64,000 nucleotides of DNA, taken from Malacoraja senta. Taxonomy: Eukaryota. The notes beneath the pieces are model-generated. The model saw only the letters and a list, made by a program, of their open reading frames with translations, ran no database searches and was not told the origin of the DNA. The translations under genes were made by a program, and so were the position numbers. Of the stretch, positions 62,086 through 64,000 are shown piece by piece. The stretch is taken from the NCBI GenBank assembly GCA_038087875.1, contig JAXLNO010000575.1, positions 186,001-250,000 on the forward strand. Reading direction: 5' to 3'. The first letter of the stretch is position 1. The number at the start of each line of letters is the position of its first letter.

Positions 62086-63780
62086 TAGACAATATACAAT
62101 AGATAATAGGTGCAGGAGTGGGCCATTCGGCCCTTCGAACCAGCACCGCCATTCAATATGATCATGGCTGATCATACCCAATCAGTACCCCGTTCCTGCC
62201 TTCTCCCCATATTCCGTGACTCCGCTATTTTTAAGAGCCCTATCTAGCTCTCTCTTGAAAGCATCCAGAGAACCAGCCTCCACTGCCCTCTGAGGCAGAG
62301 AATTCCACAGACTCACCACTCTGTGAGAAAAAGTGTTTCCTCGTCTCCGTTCTAAATGGCTTACTCCTTATTCTTAAACTGTGGCCCCTGGTTCTGGACT
62401 CCCCCAACATCGGGAACATGTTTCCTGCCTCTAGCGTGTCCAAGCCCTTAACAATCTTATATGTTTCAATGAGATCCCGTCTCATCCATGTAAACTCCAG
62501 AGTGTACAAGCCCAGCTGCTCCATTCTCTCAGCATATGACCGTCCCGTCTTCCCGGGAATTAACCTTGTAAACCTACGCTGCACTCCCTCAATAGCAAGA
62601 ATGTCCTTCCTCAAATTAGGGGACCAAAACTGCACACAATAGTGGTCTCACTAGAGCTCTGTACAACTGCAGAAGGACCTCTTTGCTCCTATATTCGATT
62701 CCTCTTGTTATAAAGGCCAACATGCCATTCGCTTTCTTCACTGCCTGCTGTACCTGCATGCTTACTTTCATAGACTGATGTACAAGGACCCCCAGATCCC
62801 GTAGTACTTCCCCTTTTCCCAACTTGACTCCATTTAGATGGTAATCTGCCTTCCTGTTTTTGCTACCAAAGTGGATAACCTCACATTTATCCGCATTAAA
62901 CTTAATCTGCCATGCATCTGCCCACTCCCCCAACCTATCCAAGTCACCCTGCATTCTCATAGCATCCTCCTCACAGTTCACACTGCCACCCAGCTTTGTG
63001 TCATCTGCAAATTTGCTAATGTTACTTTGAATCCCTTCATCCAAATCATTGATTTATATTGTAAATAGCTGCGGTCCCAGCACCAAGCCTTGCGGTACTT
63101 CACTAGTCACTGCCTGCCATTCTAAAAGGGACCCGTTAATCCCTACTCTTTGTTTCCTGTCTGCCAACCACTTCTCTATCCATGTCAGCACTCTACCCCC
63201 AATACCATGTGCCCTAATTTTGCCCACTAATCTCCTATGTGGGACCTTATCAAATGCTTTCTGAACGTCCAGGTACACTACATCCACTGGCTCTCCCTTG
63301 TCCATTTTCCTAGTTACATCTTCAAAAAATTCCAGAAGATTAGTCGAGCATCATTTCCCCTTCGTAAATTCATGCTGACTCGGACCGATCCTGTTACTGC
63401 TATCCAAATGTGCGGCTATCTCATCTTTTATAATTGACTCCAGCATCTTCCCCACCACTGATGTCATTCTAACTGGTCTATAATTCCCCGTTTTCTCTCA
63501 CCCACCTTTCTTAAAAAGTGGGATAACATTAGCTACCCTCCAATCCACAGGAACTGATCCTGAGTCTATAGAACATTGGAAAATTATCACCAATGCATCC
63601 ACGATTTCTAGAGCCACTACCTTAAGTACCCTGGGATGCCTCCTAATGGCTCATTAACCTCGAGGTCCTTTATCAAATCCGGTTCATTACATAACACTAA
63701 ATCCAGCATTGCCTTCTCCCTGGTAGGCTCCAATACAAGCTGTTCAAAGAATCCATCACAAAGGCACTCTACAAAGTCCC
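62086..63780 (-). mobile_element. CR1 LINE with RT and an internal deletion
   Basis: ORFs 63054-63305, 62616-63044 and 62240-62635 carry CR1 RT motifs; endonuclease remnant EPTREKAMLDLVL at ~63640-63780. Confidence 0.9.
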
Positions 63781-64000
63781 TACATTCAGCCCACCTTGCC
63801 CACACCGGCCAACATGTCCCATCTACAACAGTCCCACCTGTCCACAACCCTCCAAACCAATCCTATTATCCACGTATAGGAAGGAACTGCAGATGCTGGT
63901 TTAAACCAAAGATAGACACAAAAGCAGGAGTAACTCAGCGGGACAGGCAGCATCTCTGGAGCGAAGGAATGGGTGATGTTTCGTGTCGGGACCTTTGTGA

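Overview
Repeat-dense vertebrate DNA, almost certainly elasmobranch (skate/ray/shark), inferred from many HE1-like tRNA-derived V-SINEs and their partner CR1 LINEs. There is one clear host gene: a CXCR1/CXCR2-like chemokine receptor on the minus strand. Its main coding exon is 21964-23067; a probable 2-codon first exon lies at 26123-26128 beside RUNX- and C/EBP-like motifs. The rest is nested mobile DNA. It includes a nearly intact HERO/NeSL (R2-group) retrotransposon with an 83-bp target duplication and an extra 3' fragment; a multi-kb inverted duplication (axis ~10020) whose mirror arm keeps the empty HERO site; three L1-clade elements; and a Harbinger transposon. It also holds a minisatellite-bearing non-autonomous Helitron, a full-length Crack/L2-type LINE, a deleted class I endogenous retrovirus with a 2H-phosphoesterase-like domain in pol, and a DIRS element with intact termini inside L1 inside CR1. 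Penelope fragments with minimal hammerhead-ribozyme motifs and an SVA-like VNTR-containing retroelement are also present. A 200-N assembly gap lies at 14483-14682. All calls come from manual reading, with no database searches, so boundaries are approximate unless a TSD or TIR is quoted.
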